Shown piece by piece: positions 9,418 to 18,799 of a stretch of 21,488 bases of DNA. This DNA is from Paramoeba atlantica (taxonomy: Eukaryota > Protista > Discosea). The stretch spans positions 1 through 21,488 of the forward strand of contig CDRNVI010000220.1 of NCBI GenBank assembly GCA_977017575.1, in the 5' to 3' direction. Within the stretch, counting starts at the first letter, position 1. The number at the start of each line of letters is the position of its first letter. The translations under genes and the position numbers were made by a program. Under the pieces are notes generated by a model, which was given only the letters and a program-made list of their open reading frames with translations, did no database searches and was not told where the DNA came from.

Positions 9418-9759
9418 TGACAAGACAAAAAGATACGGAAAGCGAAATAAAAAACTAAAGATGTTCAAAAATAGTCTTACTTCTATCTACATCAAGGCCT
9501 ACAATATGAGTACTCCATACACATCGTATATACGAAGTGAAAATTCTTTTTTTTTTTTCAAATTGTGCTCTAATCTCCATCCAAAAACTAGCATTTTCTT
9601 GTCTCTCCAAGCCAAAAGCAAACCTCGGTCTCGCGCGGTCTCAGCGCGGTCTCGTGTGCCACGACCCGCAGCCCCTCAGGTGATTAACCAAGAGAGGATT
9701 CATGTTTCCCTGGACATGAAGTTGACTTCAGAATGAGACTAAACCTGCGAGTTAGTCAT

Positions 9760-10040
9760 TTAGAAGGTAGATGGTAAGATCATGAGTTCGATGTTTAGAA
9801 TTAGAGGTTGAGTGGCTAGATGTAGAAAAGTTAATGTTTAGAAGTTTAGAACTTAGATGCTCTGATTGTGAACTTTGGAAGTTAGATGCTTAGATGACGG
9901 ACGTCAGGAGTTAAAGTTTGGTCTCCAAACTTTGGAGGCAGAAGTTGAGAAGTCAGCATCCTTGAGGTCTGAATTAGATGCTTGTATTTTAGAAGTTAGA
10001 CGTTTAGATAACGGATGTTAGAAGTTAGATGCTTCGAAGC
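9760..10040 (+). pseudogene. Possible decayed coiled-coil repeat gene, or a degenerate TTAGA(A/T)G repeat
   Basis: Frame from 9890 reads LDDGRQELKFGLQTLEAEVEKSASLRSELDACILEVRRLDNGC*KLDASK; many stops upstream. Confidence 0.35.
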
Positions 10041-10226
10041 ACGCCCCTGTATGTTAAGAGATTCGGTGAGGTCTGAGATAAATGCTTTGACGATGAAGCT
10101 TAGAAATTGAATGTGTAGATAGCGGATATTAGAAATCAGATAACGCTTAATTTATCCCTTCCTCAAAAATGTCTTCCATGGAGAGCTTGAAATAGAGTAA
10201 GAATCAGAGCTTGCAAAACAAATCGT

Positions 10227-10410
10227 TATAATATAGTGAAACGATACAAGGTAGTGCAATCGATACGTTGTGGTGCAATCGATATAATATAGCGAAACGA
10301 TATAATATAGCGAAACGATATAATATAGTGACAGCCGGTTTATGGGGATTACGCATCCGGCTCTCTGCACCTGCACATGGCAACCGAGCTCTCTGCACCT
10401 GGGGCCCCAG
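10227..10410. repeat. Two minisatellites: 18-bp tataatatagcgaaacga (10283-10328, plus a copy at 10227) and gctctctgcac x3 (10350-10410)
   Basis: Direct inspection. Confidence 0.9.
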
Positions 10411-10502
10411 CTCTCTGCACCCGCACACCTCCGGCGAGGGCGAACACTCACTTGATCCACCCGTCGTATGCGGGAACGGACTTTGTGAGCATAATCTCTG
10501 CA

Positions 10503-10691
10503 CTATAAGTGCATGAACAAATAACTAATTCGCATTCGCTCTATTAAAGCAATCTCTTCTTCACCTGGTCCGCCTTCTTCTTCTTCGGTGTCGGTATCAA
10601 GGGAGAATTCTTCCACGGCATCATCGGATTCAATATTTATATTGTCGACATTTACTACTTCATGTTCTTGAGGAGAGACGTCAGGATCCAT
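10503..10691 (-). CDS. Short acidic ORF (MDPDVSPQE...DTDTEEEEGGPGEEE), probably the 5' part of a transposon-borne gene
   Basis: ATG at 10691, 323 bp inside the CCGTATA terminus at 11014; strongly acidic composition. Confidence 0.4.
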   Translation of the reverse strand: MDPDVSPQEHEVVNVDNINIESDDAVEEFSLDTDTEEEEGGPGEEEIALIERMRISYLFMHL

Positions 10692-10939
10692 ATTAGAACG
10701 ATTTTTTTTGTCCAATCCATGTGCCTTCAGATCTAATGTGCCTTGCAAATCTAATCCTCTCGTAAATAAATTTGTACTTTTTTTTAAAAAAATGAGAATT
10801 CATGATTGACCCATCAAAAGAGGCTCTGTCCACGTTCAACACCCAATTCTGAGAATAGTGACTTTCACCGTAGTTGCGGGGGTGGCTGGACAGAAAAGCA
10901 ACACACTCATGAACAAAAAAGGTCTTGTCCCACCAAAAA

Positions 10940-11014
10940 AGCATACCCGCCCCCAGTAACAGAGATTTGGCCATTTGGGTCCAAAATCGATTCTATTACT
11001 GGGGGGGTATACGG
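10940..11014 (-). mobile_element. Orphan pogo-type terminus TA|CCGTATACCCCCCCAGTAA
   Basis: TA at 11015-16; inverted internal copy catacccgcccccagtaac near 10943; partner terminus not found. Confidence 0.6.
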
Positions 11015-11496
11015 TAATTACTATTCTAATTTTTTCACCTCACGGTAGCTGAATACGTTTTCAATAGATTTTAGAACTTTCATTTTATGGTTCTCCGAGG
11101 AAAGAGCCGACAAGCGCAGTCATGATCCCTTAATATTCCTCCCACCCTTCTCCATCCCACACGCTATCTGAAAATGGTAGTCCTCCACCAGATCCACCTT
11201 CAAACCTGTCTCATCCTTTGAAGTATCTGTCAAGCATATTTTACTTCGTTGGAACCTCAGCAAACAATGGATACCTCCTGAGAGGTGAAAAATAATGAGT
11301 ACTCAATACTGCTACTATAACATTTTTTCCCTATCGTAAAATTTATTTGTTGCAAAATGATAATGGGCTTGCCTCTGGGCGCAACCCAAAATTGGGGAAG
11401 ACCTCCTCGTGGTCCTCCCTGGCACTGTCATCTTACTGATGCTATTAACGCTGACGTAAGAACATTCGTAGAGAAATATTTGGAAGTATAAAGGTA

Positions 11497-11591
11497 TTTT
11501 GACCCCCCCACTTAATTGTCATAGCCTAACCCCCCCGCTTATTTGTCCTTTTTTCGAAAAACAGGTGACAAATAAGTGGGGGGGGGCACAA
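11497..11591. mobile_element. Mini-MITE (95 bp), TA-flanked
   Basis: TA|TTTTGACCCCCCCACTTAATTGTC ... GACAAATAAGTGGGGGGGGGCACAA|TA; the Merlin-like reading frame stops at its edge. Confidence 0.8.
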
Positions 11592-11593
11592 TA

Positions 11594-12100
11594 CTCACGC
11601 TTGCCTATGAAAGGTTTGTCTACTTGCAGTCTCGAAAAATTGAACTCAGTGGTATCTTGCTCGTGCAAAGCTGCGTTCGCGACCATGTGGAGAATTTTAG
11701 TCACAGTTCTCTGGCAAACTCCGTGATTCCGACAAATTTGACCTGTACTTAAACTATTCGCCATATCGGCTGATATCATTAGCTTCACAAGGGTCTAATG
11801 ATCGGTCTAATGATCGGTCTAATGATCGGCTGTCCAGGTAATGCACAGAATAGAAAACTCTAACACGACAAGGATTACCGGAACCTTGGTCGTAATGGGT
11901 ATTCACTCATAATTGGATTTTCTTGTATGTTTGCATAAATTCCGTGTCGTGCCATTCGCATTCCGGAGCATTCAGTAAATTGAGTCCCCACATCCAATCG
12001 TAGGCTTTCTCGCCTAGCGACGCAAACTTGAGGTATCTCCAGGTGCGGACGCATGCGAACTCATCATCCCCCGCCCCCCTCCCACGTCCAACAAAGAGCC
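11594..12100 (-). pseudogene. Merlin (IS1595/ISXO2-like) transposase relic, N-terminal half
   Basis: EKAYDWMWGLNLLNAPECEWHDTEFM resembles the Merlin WL..GLL..C start; GQICRNHGVCQRTVTKIL is HTH-like; LQVDKPFIGKREY resembles V.IDES.FGKRKY; frameshifts and stops in between. Confidence 0.65.
11792..11827 (+). repeat. 3 x 12-bp tandem GGTCTAATGATC inside the Merlin relic
   Basis: Direct inspection. Confidence 0.95.
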
Positions 12101-12427
12101 CATGGACTGTTGAATTCGTTCCTCCTCGTGAGTATGTTCTTTGGCATTCTGCCGGTGGCTGTGTCCTGTAGCACCATCACCGACGATCGTCTAACGCTGG
12201 ACTCCCGACCTTATCTTCCCCTCCTGACGGTAAACTGGGTGAAAAATTGGAGAATAGATAAAGAATCATTTTTTTCAATGCGAAAGGGGCAGACGTTAGT
12301 TTTCACTGCGCGCCCCAGGGCTGCGCTCACAGTTGGGCCTGACCCACTAGGTGATGAAGCATTTTTTTGTTTTTATTTTCACACACGTTGATGAATCAAC
12401 GAATTAGAGACATAGCCACTTTTTTGT

Positions 12428-12470
12428 TTCAATAATCGAGGGTAGAGCGGTTGTTACAACCACCGCAATA
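12428..12470 (+). repeat. Dispersed repeat copy 1 with a gcggt...accgc mini-hairpin
   Basis: Near-identical to 21411-21455; both are preceded by CAC plus a T-run. Confidence 0.85.
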
Positions 12471-13154
12471 GTGCCCTATGCAGGAGTGGAGGTTTGAGGA
12501 GTGAACAAAACTTCCGTTTTTTCCCTTTCATAAATTTCTGTAATTATGAGAGATAACTGTTTTCATGAACTGTAAAACGTATTTTAACTATTTTTGTTCG
12601 CTTTGTATATGCGAGCGTGCTACAGCCATTTTGCGGGCAGGGTGTAGCATTATTTCCTTTTCTGCGACCCAATCGCAATGGCGAGATGAGATGTATTTTA
12701 TCTACAGAGCAAATGGCCACGCAAAAGGGTCGTGTTAATCTCGTGGAATAATACAACTTATTTTGACACAACTTGTTTTTTCTATAAATGATATTTTTTG
12801 TTGCCTTCGGAGACCGGTACCATTTGGGGTGTCAAACCTCCCACACGTACTACCAAAGCGTCGAAATAATAATAAAAGCCATGTAGCACCTTATCACCCC
12901 GTATTCATGAAATGTTATGACTTTTATGAGTTATACTCCTATGAGTTTGTAGTTCGTTGACATCTATACCATCATAGAGACGGTAGTACAAGAAAAGTCC
13001 ACGAGAAGGCTGTTGAAATACGGTGGAATACGAATCGTATGCAACCCCGTTTTTCCCGGTATCAAATTTATGTGATTGAAAATAGCTTTTGTTTGAGTCT
13101 AAAAAGTGGTTTTTCGGCATATTTAGGTGATGCCCTACCAGGGAAAAATATGTC

Positions 13155-13196
13155 TGTAGTCCAAGTTGGACTACAATGCTGTTGAACCAACAGCAT
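13155..13196. repeat. Two abutting 21-bp inverted repeats
   Basis: tgtagtccaa-g-ttggactaca then atgctgttg-aac-caacagcat. Confidence 0.9.
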
Positions 13197-13515
13197 GTGA
13201 TAAACGCGGGAGGAAGGCACAAATCCGAAAATTTGCTCATCTTGGCAGTGAAAAACATCCTGCGAAACTGTTCAAAAATTCACATCTTCAAGTAAAATAG
13301 CTCGGTTTGACAGGGGAGGAGGATCCGTGGAGTCTGCCGACCATCTTGTAAGAGTGCGAGAACTCCATTTTGGTTTAAGTGGTGGTGGTTTCATCATCAA
13401 TACTCGCGTCTTGTCTAAAGACGTGTCACCCCTGAAAGAAGAACATCGAAAAGAAAAAGAAAAATCTACTAGTTAGTAAAAGAAAAATCAACCTAGTTTT
13501 TTTTAATTTTTTTTG

Positions 13516-14200
13516 TCAAAGGCAGAGTGCGGTTTTTACAGAGATGCAAGCAGTAGACTTCAGGTATAGATCGCAGACTTCCTTTATTTGGCTCACGGTA
13601 TTTGGCCTGTGTTTCTTGTAGAGCTTAAGAATACTCCAGAGATCCTCGATCGGGTTTAGATCCGGGGAGTCTGCTGGTCATCTTGGGAGAGTATGAGCAC
13701 TCTTCACAGCTATGCAAAGCCGCAGAGCCTCAAACTGAGGATGAAATTTCCACCAGGTGATTGTTATGGCCTTGTGCCCAAGCGCGTTATCGTCCGTAAA
13801 GATTTTGTCTCCGATCTTTTCCCATGGAAGATACGTCTTCTGTAAATGTGCAACTGCGATAATATAATTTTTCGAGCCCTTTGTTTGGAGGAATGTTTGG
13901 AGGAGTGTGTTCGTTGCATTTTTTTGAATTCACACCAGTGATGAAGGAAATTGCCATCGACATCAATAGCGCCCCATAACATTATTTGAGATGGGTGGTC
14001 CGTGGGGACTTTCGATACTGGGGAATCCGGGTGTTGCCAGGTCTTTTTGGATGAGTCCCCAACCTTTATCATAACTTAGCCAGAAAATAGTAGGCGTGAA
14101 TTTTTTTTTGGCCTCGATTGTCCTGTTCTTGTAGCATTGCTTGTGCAAAGCGAACCCTGGCTTCCATCTTCGATACACTCAGACAAAGAGTATTAACTTT
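13516..14200 (-). pseudogene. Tc1/IS630-like (DDE_3) transposase relic, DD47E spacing
   Basis: KMEARVRFAQ; LLFSG* (decayed FSDE, 14076-81); HPSQIMLWGAI; FTDDNALGHK; *PADSPDLNPIEDLWSILK with TGA at the conserved Trp (13678-80). Confidence 0.85.
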
Positions 14201-14809
14201 GGGTCCATATTGCTACTTATGGTGCGATAAAAATTGGCGTACCTATTCAGGAAGGGATGATCTTGAAGTTTGTGAGCTTCACATGGAATATCTGTAATCG
14301 TACGATACGAGCCCTACATAAAAATCGCTTATGGCAAAAGATCAGTAGCCGCGTCGTAGTGTTCCCATTTAATAATGGAACTGTTATCATCCTGCTCCTC
14401 ACCGATGGAAACCTTGACAGGAAAATTCCAGAGTGGACAAGGATTGGTAGAGAGCCGGTATCTCGCGGTTTTCTTTGAAAATACTGTTCTAGAAATTCTT
14501 TACCTTCCATCGCTACTGCTTTAAAGGGCTGAAACCACCTGAGTTTAGCTGGGCTCGCCGGGGTTTGCCTAAGTTTGCGCTTTCTATATTGCATTGGACT
14601 ACTCAACTTCTTAAAGCACAGCATACAATATAGATTTTTTCCTCACAATACAATGTAACATATAATGTATCTTTTTAGATTTCACATTTATCCTCAGCAC
14701 AATGCTCAATTATGATCTTCCGCCTGCCGAAGATGAGTTCATCTAAAACGATTTCTCCTCTCCGGATTCTGGGAAATACGGCTCCCTGAGAAAGTGGGTG
14801 GTATTTATA

Positions 14810-14873
14810 CTGCCATTTATAGACTGACCCGCCCCGTTTAAGCGCACCGGGACAGCCCCCCGTTTAAGCGCAC
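14810..14873. repeat. Possible transposon terminus with a 16-bp direct repeat ccccgtttaagcgcac
   Basis: Copies at 14832-47 and 14858-73, after TA at 14808-09. Confidence 0.5.
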
Positions 14874-15088
14874 ATTTTGGAAACGAGTTTTTCCCGTTTA
14901 TTCCTGTCAAAGCGCAGACATCAAACGCTTTCTTGACGAGAACTCCTCTGAAGGAGTATTGAAAGGAAAGGTATTGATTTTGCACAAATCAATGTGTGAA
15001 CTGTATTCCACATGTCATAACATACATAACAACAAACAGCGATTGATTTGAAAGGCTTAAAATTTTACTTTTTGCATACGTTTTGTAT

Positions 15089-15769
15089 ATGGACGACCCA
15101 GCTCCGAATTTATCATATCCACGCGCAGCCAAAGTTAGAGGGAACTTGCCACAGGAATTCAAGCTAGCACAACTTGTCAAGGATATTGAGAATTCGCTTC
15201 TCTCCTGGAATACATCTACCCCTGCATGCAAATGGGAAGGCATTGTGTGTGCCGATGGTACACATATCAGCGAAATATATTGGAGCGCGCCCAAATCATT
15301 ACCACCGCACCTAAGATTGAAGTCTCCCGGAAACGTTTTTTCCGGTAGGCTTCATTTGCAGCATTTACCGGAATCCTTGGAAAAACTTTATGTTGCAGGA
15401 AATCGACTAAATGGAATCATGGACTTAACTCGACTTCCTCAGGGCTTAACATTTCTTTCTTTGTGTAAGAACCTTTTTTCGGGCAACGTAGTCCTTGATT
15501 GCTTACCACAGACCTTGGCACATATCAACATCGGACATAATCAGCTGACCGGGTGTCTTGATTTTCGTCACCTACCAGTAACATTGAGAGCGTTGTTCTG
15601 CTACGACAATAACTTTGATACTCTAGTTCCGGTTCAAAATCTTCCCCCGGAACTAAGGTATCTCCACCTTCAAAATAATCCTGAGTTGAAAGGTGTTCTT
15701 GAAAAGTCTACTTTTCCTGTAATCCTGACAAGTGTTGACGTCACCGGCACAAGGCTCACACTCCGGTAG
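15089..15769 (+). CDS. LRR protein (226 aa from ATG), LRRNT-like cap and 5-6 repeats of ~23 aa
   Basis: WNTSTPACKWEGIVC cap; LPxxLxxLxLxxNxFSG repeats; intronless. Confidence 0.92.
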   Translation: MDDPAPNLSYPRAAKVRGNLPQEFKLAQLVKDIENSLLSWNTSTPACKWEGIVCADGTHISEIYWSAPKSLPPHLRLKSPGNVFSGRLHLQHLPESLEKLYVAGNRLNGIMDLTRLPQGLTFLSLCKNLFSGNVVLDCLPQTLAHINIGHNQLTGCLDFRHLPVTLRALFCYDNNFDTLVPVQNLPPELRYLHLQNNPELKGVLEKSTFPVILTSVDVTGTRLTLR

Positions 15770-16449
15770 ATGTGCTGGACTGGATATTTTCTATTTCCTT
15801 TTATTAGAATGTAACATAATTTTTTGTAATGTTTAACACAATTTTTGTAATGTGTAGCAAGGTACAAACGTATCGATTAGGAAGTGTACATAGTGTTAGC
15901 AAAGTATCCACATAGAGGATACTCACCTATTAAGAGAGGGGGGCACGAATGTGGCAAGTATTCTGTCATATTCTGCCGATCACAAAAGATTTGTCCCTTG
16001 GCAGGGTAGTGTTAATGTTGTAGCAAACTCACGCCACGAAGAGGCGCGCGTTTTTTGAAAAACAATCTTGTTCGTTTGACGTTTAACTTGCGTATATACT
16101 GCATACGTTGCGTATAAATTTATACTTGCGCTTAGACGCATGCTGATGTATACCCCCTGACATTCTTGACGAAAAATCCGGACATTCTTGAAAAATAATG
16201 ACTAAAAACAGGCAAAATCAGAAGAGTCACGGGCGTGTTCATTGAAGGGATGTAAAAGAGTAAAAGGAATTTCTTTTGAACACGAAGACTAAATCTTTGT
16301 GTTGCGTACAAAGAATGAATAGGACAATAAAAAGATGGCGCTCGTTAGATGCCAAGAAGAAAAAATTTAATCAAAGGAAGAATATTTTGCCCTGTTCATT
16401 GCTAAACACATCACAGTAAACTTAAAAATCCGGACAATATCAGTATGAG

Positions 16450-16704
16450 TTAGAGTTCATCTGCGCTCTCGTCCCCCACAGAGAGGATCGGACCCACTTT
16501 CTTCGGCTGACTTCCAGCCGTCTTCCAGCGCGTCCCAGCACTTTCCTTGAAAATAAGGCCGATTTTCGGTCCCCACCTATTCCGTTCGTTGACCCCTTCT
16601 TTCTCTCCGTCGCGATCCTTTTCTATCTTTATATCTTTCAGAGAATTGAGATGCGATTCTGCCAACTTTGAGCTCTCACTTAAGTCCACAATTATATTTG
16701 TCAA
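16450..16704 (-). CDS. Hypothetical 84-aa ORF (non-ATG start)
   Basis: Open frame with charged composition only; no motif recognised. Confidence 0.2.
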   Translation of the reverse strand: MTNIIVDLSESSKLAESHLNSLKDIKIEKDRDGEKEGVNERNRWGPKIGLIFKESAGTRWKTAGSQPKKVGPILSVGDESADEL

Positions 16705-16917
16705 AAGCCTGAACTTCTAACTCCGACGAAACACGAACATTTTGCCTCACATCTGAGCGTGAGTCTCTAATGGGTCACCCTTTTAGAATGTCTACGAATC
16801 CTAGACAGCCATCGAGGATTCATCTTAGGGGACGATACTTTGATTCCATGGGTCTCCTTAGGTTAAAGGACAAAGACAGTATATGAATCAAAGAAAAATT
16901 ACTGTACACTCCGTTTA

Positions 16918-17060
16918 TAATAGCCTCGACCCCTCCCCCCTTTATAGGTTCTTTTTTTTGGCAAACTGAGGAAGATTTGTTTTTCTGTAACACTTTCTGT
17001 GCCAACTTTCAATCGCCCTCCCCCCTTTATAGGTTGATTTAGGCAAAAGCGAGGCTATTA
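16918..17060. mobile_element. MITE (143 bp), TA TSD
   Basis: TA|TAATAGCCTCG ... CGAGGCTATTA|TA; identical 20-bp internal repeats at 16931-50 and 17016-35. Confidence 0.8.
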
Positions 17061-17154
17061 TAGCAAGGTACAGTGAGTATTACAGTAAGTATTATAACAG
17101 TAGTTCTTTACTATAATTTAATCTATATACTCTGTATCTATCTATATATCATTA

Positions 17155-18496
17155 TAAACCCCGCGTCACCAATAAGTGACCCCCCCTTATTTTTAGCACA
17201 GGGGGTCGTGGGGGGGTTATCATACCACGTTGTCGTTCAAAATTTTGAGGTCTGTACGTTCCCGCTGTTTTTAGCTCATTTTAAAACTTTAAAATTCAGT
17301 AAAAAAAAAATTTAAGTTTTTCAACTTTTTTTCCAAAAATGCCAAAATCACCATATCGACTCCCAAGAGGGGGGCTGACTTCTAGTGGAAAAGTTCTTTT
17401 AAAGATGAGGCACGGACAAGGAGTACCAATAAAAGAGCTAGCCCGTGATTTCAACGTTTCTAGAAGGATAGTTAAAAAATATTTGAACGAAAAAAAAACT
17501 ACCCCAGTATACACTTTGAGTCCTGAGCGAAAAAAATAATGAAAACTCGTAAAACGAAAATTGAGAAGATATAACCCCTCTTGACCCCGCTGGAGTACCG
17601 AGACTCAATTCATCAAGGCGCATAGCAGCCCAATTGAAGAAAAAGAATATACAAGTTTCAAAAAGAACTGTACAGAGAGACTTATCATCCCTGGATTACA
17701 GTTATGCCGCTCGACCGCTATGCCAAGGGCTTACCGAACGACGAAAAGTAAAAAGAGTTCAATTTGCGTTGAATTACAATATGGATATTTCCCGTGTCAT
17801 CTTTACAGACGAAAAAATATTTGATACGAATGATGGCAGAAGAAAAATGTGGGTAAGGCGCGGTCAAAAAGCAGCCCCGCGTCAAAAAGTACGTTGGGCA
17901 CCAAGATGCCAAGTTTGGAGTGCTGTAGGGGTGGGGTGGAGGTACTTGGTAATTCTACAAAATGACACATCTATTACAAGTGAGACGCACATAGAAACAT
18001 TAAAAGAGGTAGATTTTCCCCCTAATCGTATTTTTCAGCAAGATGGGGCAACGGCTCACACTGCTCGTGCCTCAAAGGAGTACATTGAAAGCGCAATGAG
18101 TGAACTTCTGAAAAATTGGCCCCCCAACTCACCAGATCTTTCCCCAATAGAAAACGTCTGGTCTATGGTCCAAGGGGCGGTGGACGAACAGACCCCATCG
18201 GATAAGCCTTCACTCATCCGATGTGTACGCAAAGCGTGGTCTCGCTTGTCTCAAAATGTGATCGACAAAACGGTCTTAAGCTTTGACTCACGCCTTAAGG
18301 AGTGTATAAGGTTGAAAGGCGAAAAAGTGAAAAAATGGTAATTCCTCAATAAAATATACGCATTCGCTTCTTTTTGTTTCATTTCTTCACGCGCAAAGTC
18401 CTTGTGTTGAGATCTGCAAAACGCAACAAAAATCAGCTCAAACGGACATTTGTACGAAAAAAAAGTGGGGGATCACTTTCCATGACGCGGGGTTTA
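17155..18496 (+). mobile_element. Tc1/IS630-like DNA transposon (~1.34 kb), TA TSD
   Basis: 17-bp perfect IR ttataaaccccgcgtca (17152-68 / 18483-99) continuing into agtga(c/t)ccccc; ends are ambiguous by 2 bp. Confidence 0.9.
17339..18341 (+). pseudogene. DD35E transposase with two apparent 1-nt frameshifts in the N-terminal region
   Basis: HTH1 (IKELARDFNVSRRIV), HTH2 (SSRRIAAQL...VSKRTVQRDL), IFTDEK, FQQDGATAH, WPPNSPDLSPIENVW; frame breaks at the A7 run 17530-36 and near 17570. Confidence 0.88.
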
Positions 18497-18584
18497 TAAA
18501 TATAATATAATCTTTATTATAACAGTAGTTCTTTACAGTAAGTATTATAACAAGGTACAGTAAGCTTCTTTAGTTCAGTCGACT

Positions 18585-18799
18585 TCAAAGAACCATTTCA
18601 CCACACAAAGAGTAATGCTTTGTGATGCCTTCTTTAGAGGAGGGAATGTTTTCAATGGTGATTGAGCGTTCGTCACGCTCTTCGCGCGCAGTGTAAAACG
18701 TGGAGAGATTCAAGTGTTGTCATCTCGTTTACGCTTTGCATCTCTTTCCTTGTCGGACATACCGTTTCCTTTATTTGATTGACTCTCTGCCGAGGTCAT
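18585..18799 (-). pseudogene. Possible truncated RRM (PABPN1-like) gene fragment
   Basis: 18707-18585 reads REERDERSITIENIPSSKEGITKHYSLCGEMV; an upstream frame from ATG 18799 carries KRKR. Confidence 0.35.

Larger units (their letters stand above)
7271..9677 (-). mobile_element. PIF/Harbinger/ISL2EU (IS5-like) DNA transposon, 2407 bp, two ORFs
   Basis: 12-bp perfect TIR GAGGGGCTGCGG / CCGCAGCCCCTC flanked by direct AGGT (7267-70, 9678-81); CGCGGTCTC arrays near both ends; DDE_Tnp_4-type ORF. Confidence 0.88.

Noticed and set aside
6580-11014. One large element from 6582 to 11014 enclosing the Harbinger-like element
   Set aside because: Subterminal motifs are related, but no proper left TIR matching CCGTATACCCCCCC exists
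11385-11430. K.G.DLL.V.PGT resembles the Obg GTPase DLxIxVPxGT motif
   Set aside because: One residue short between P and G, and no other Obg motifs nearby
12905-13258. piggyBac-like fragments (FPGRASPKYAEKP in one frame; KNG...LFLYYRLYDG in another)
   Set aside because: Spacing between the motifs does not fit piggyBac, no catalytic Asp, no TTAA-flanked ends; too weak to call
12826-13434. hAT-like end GGGGTGTCAAAC with partial partners at 13304 and 13425
   Set aside because: Only partial matches, no 8-bp TSD and no hAT ORF
13678-13680. TGA at a conserved Trp, plus in-frame TAGs at 2480 and around 10020, as evidence of an alternative genetic code
   Set aside because: The equivalent Trp is TGG in the 17634 transposase, intact genes end in TGA, TAG and TAA, and readthrough at 2480 would not restore the LRR frame
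14743-14985. FRGVLVKKAFDVCALTG looks like the start of an HNH endonuclease
   Set aside because: No AAHI/H-N-H residues follow, and the downstream part is the 16-bp repeat block read in antisense
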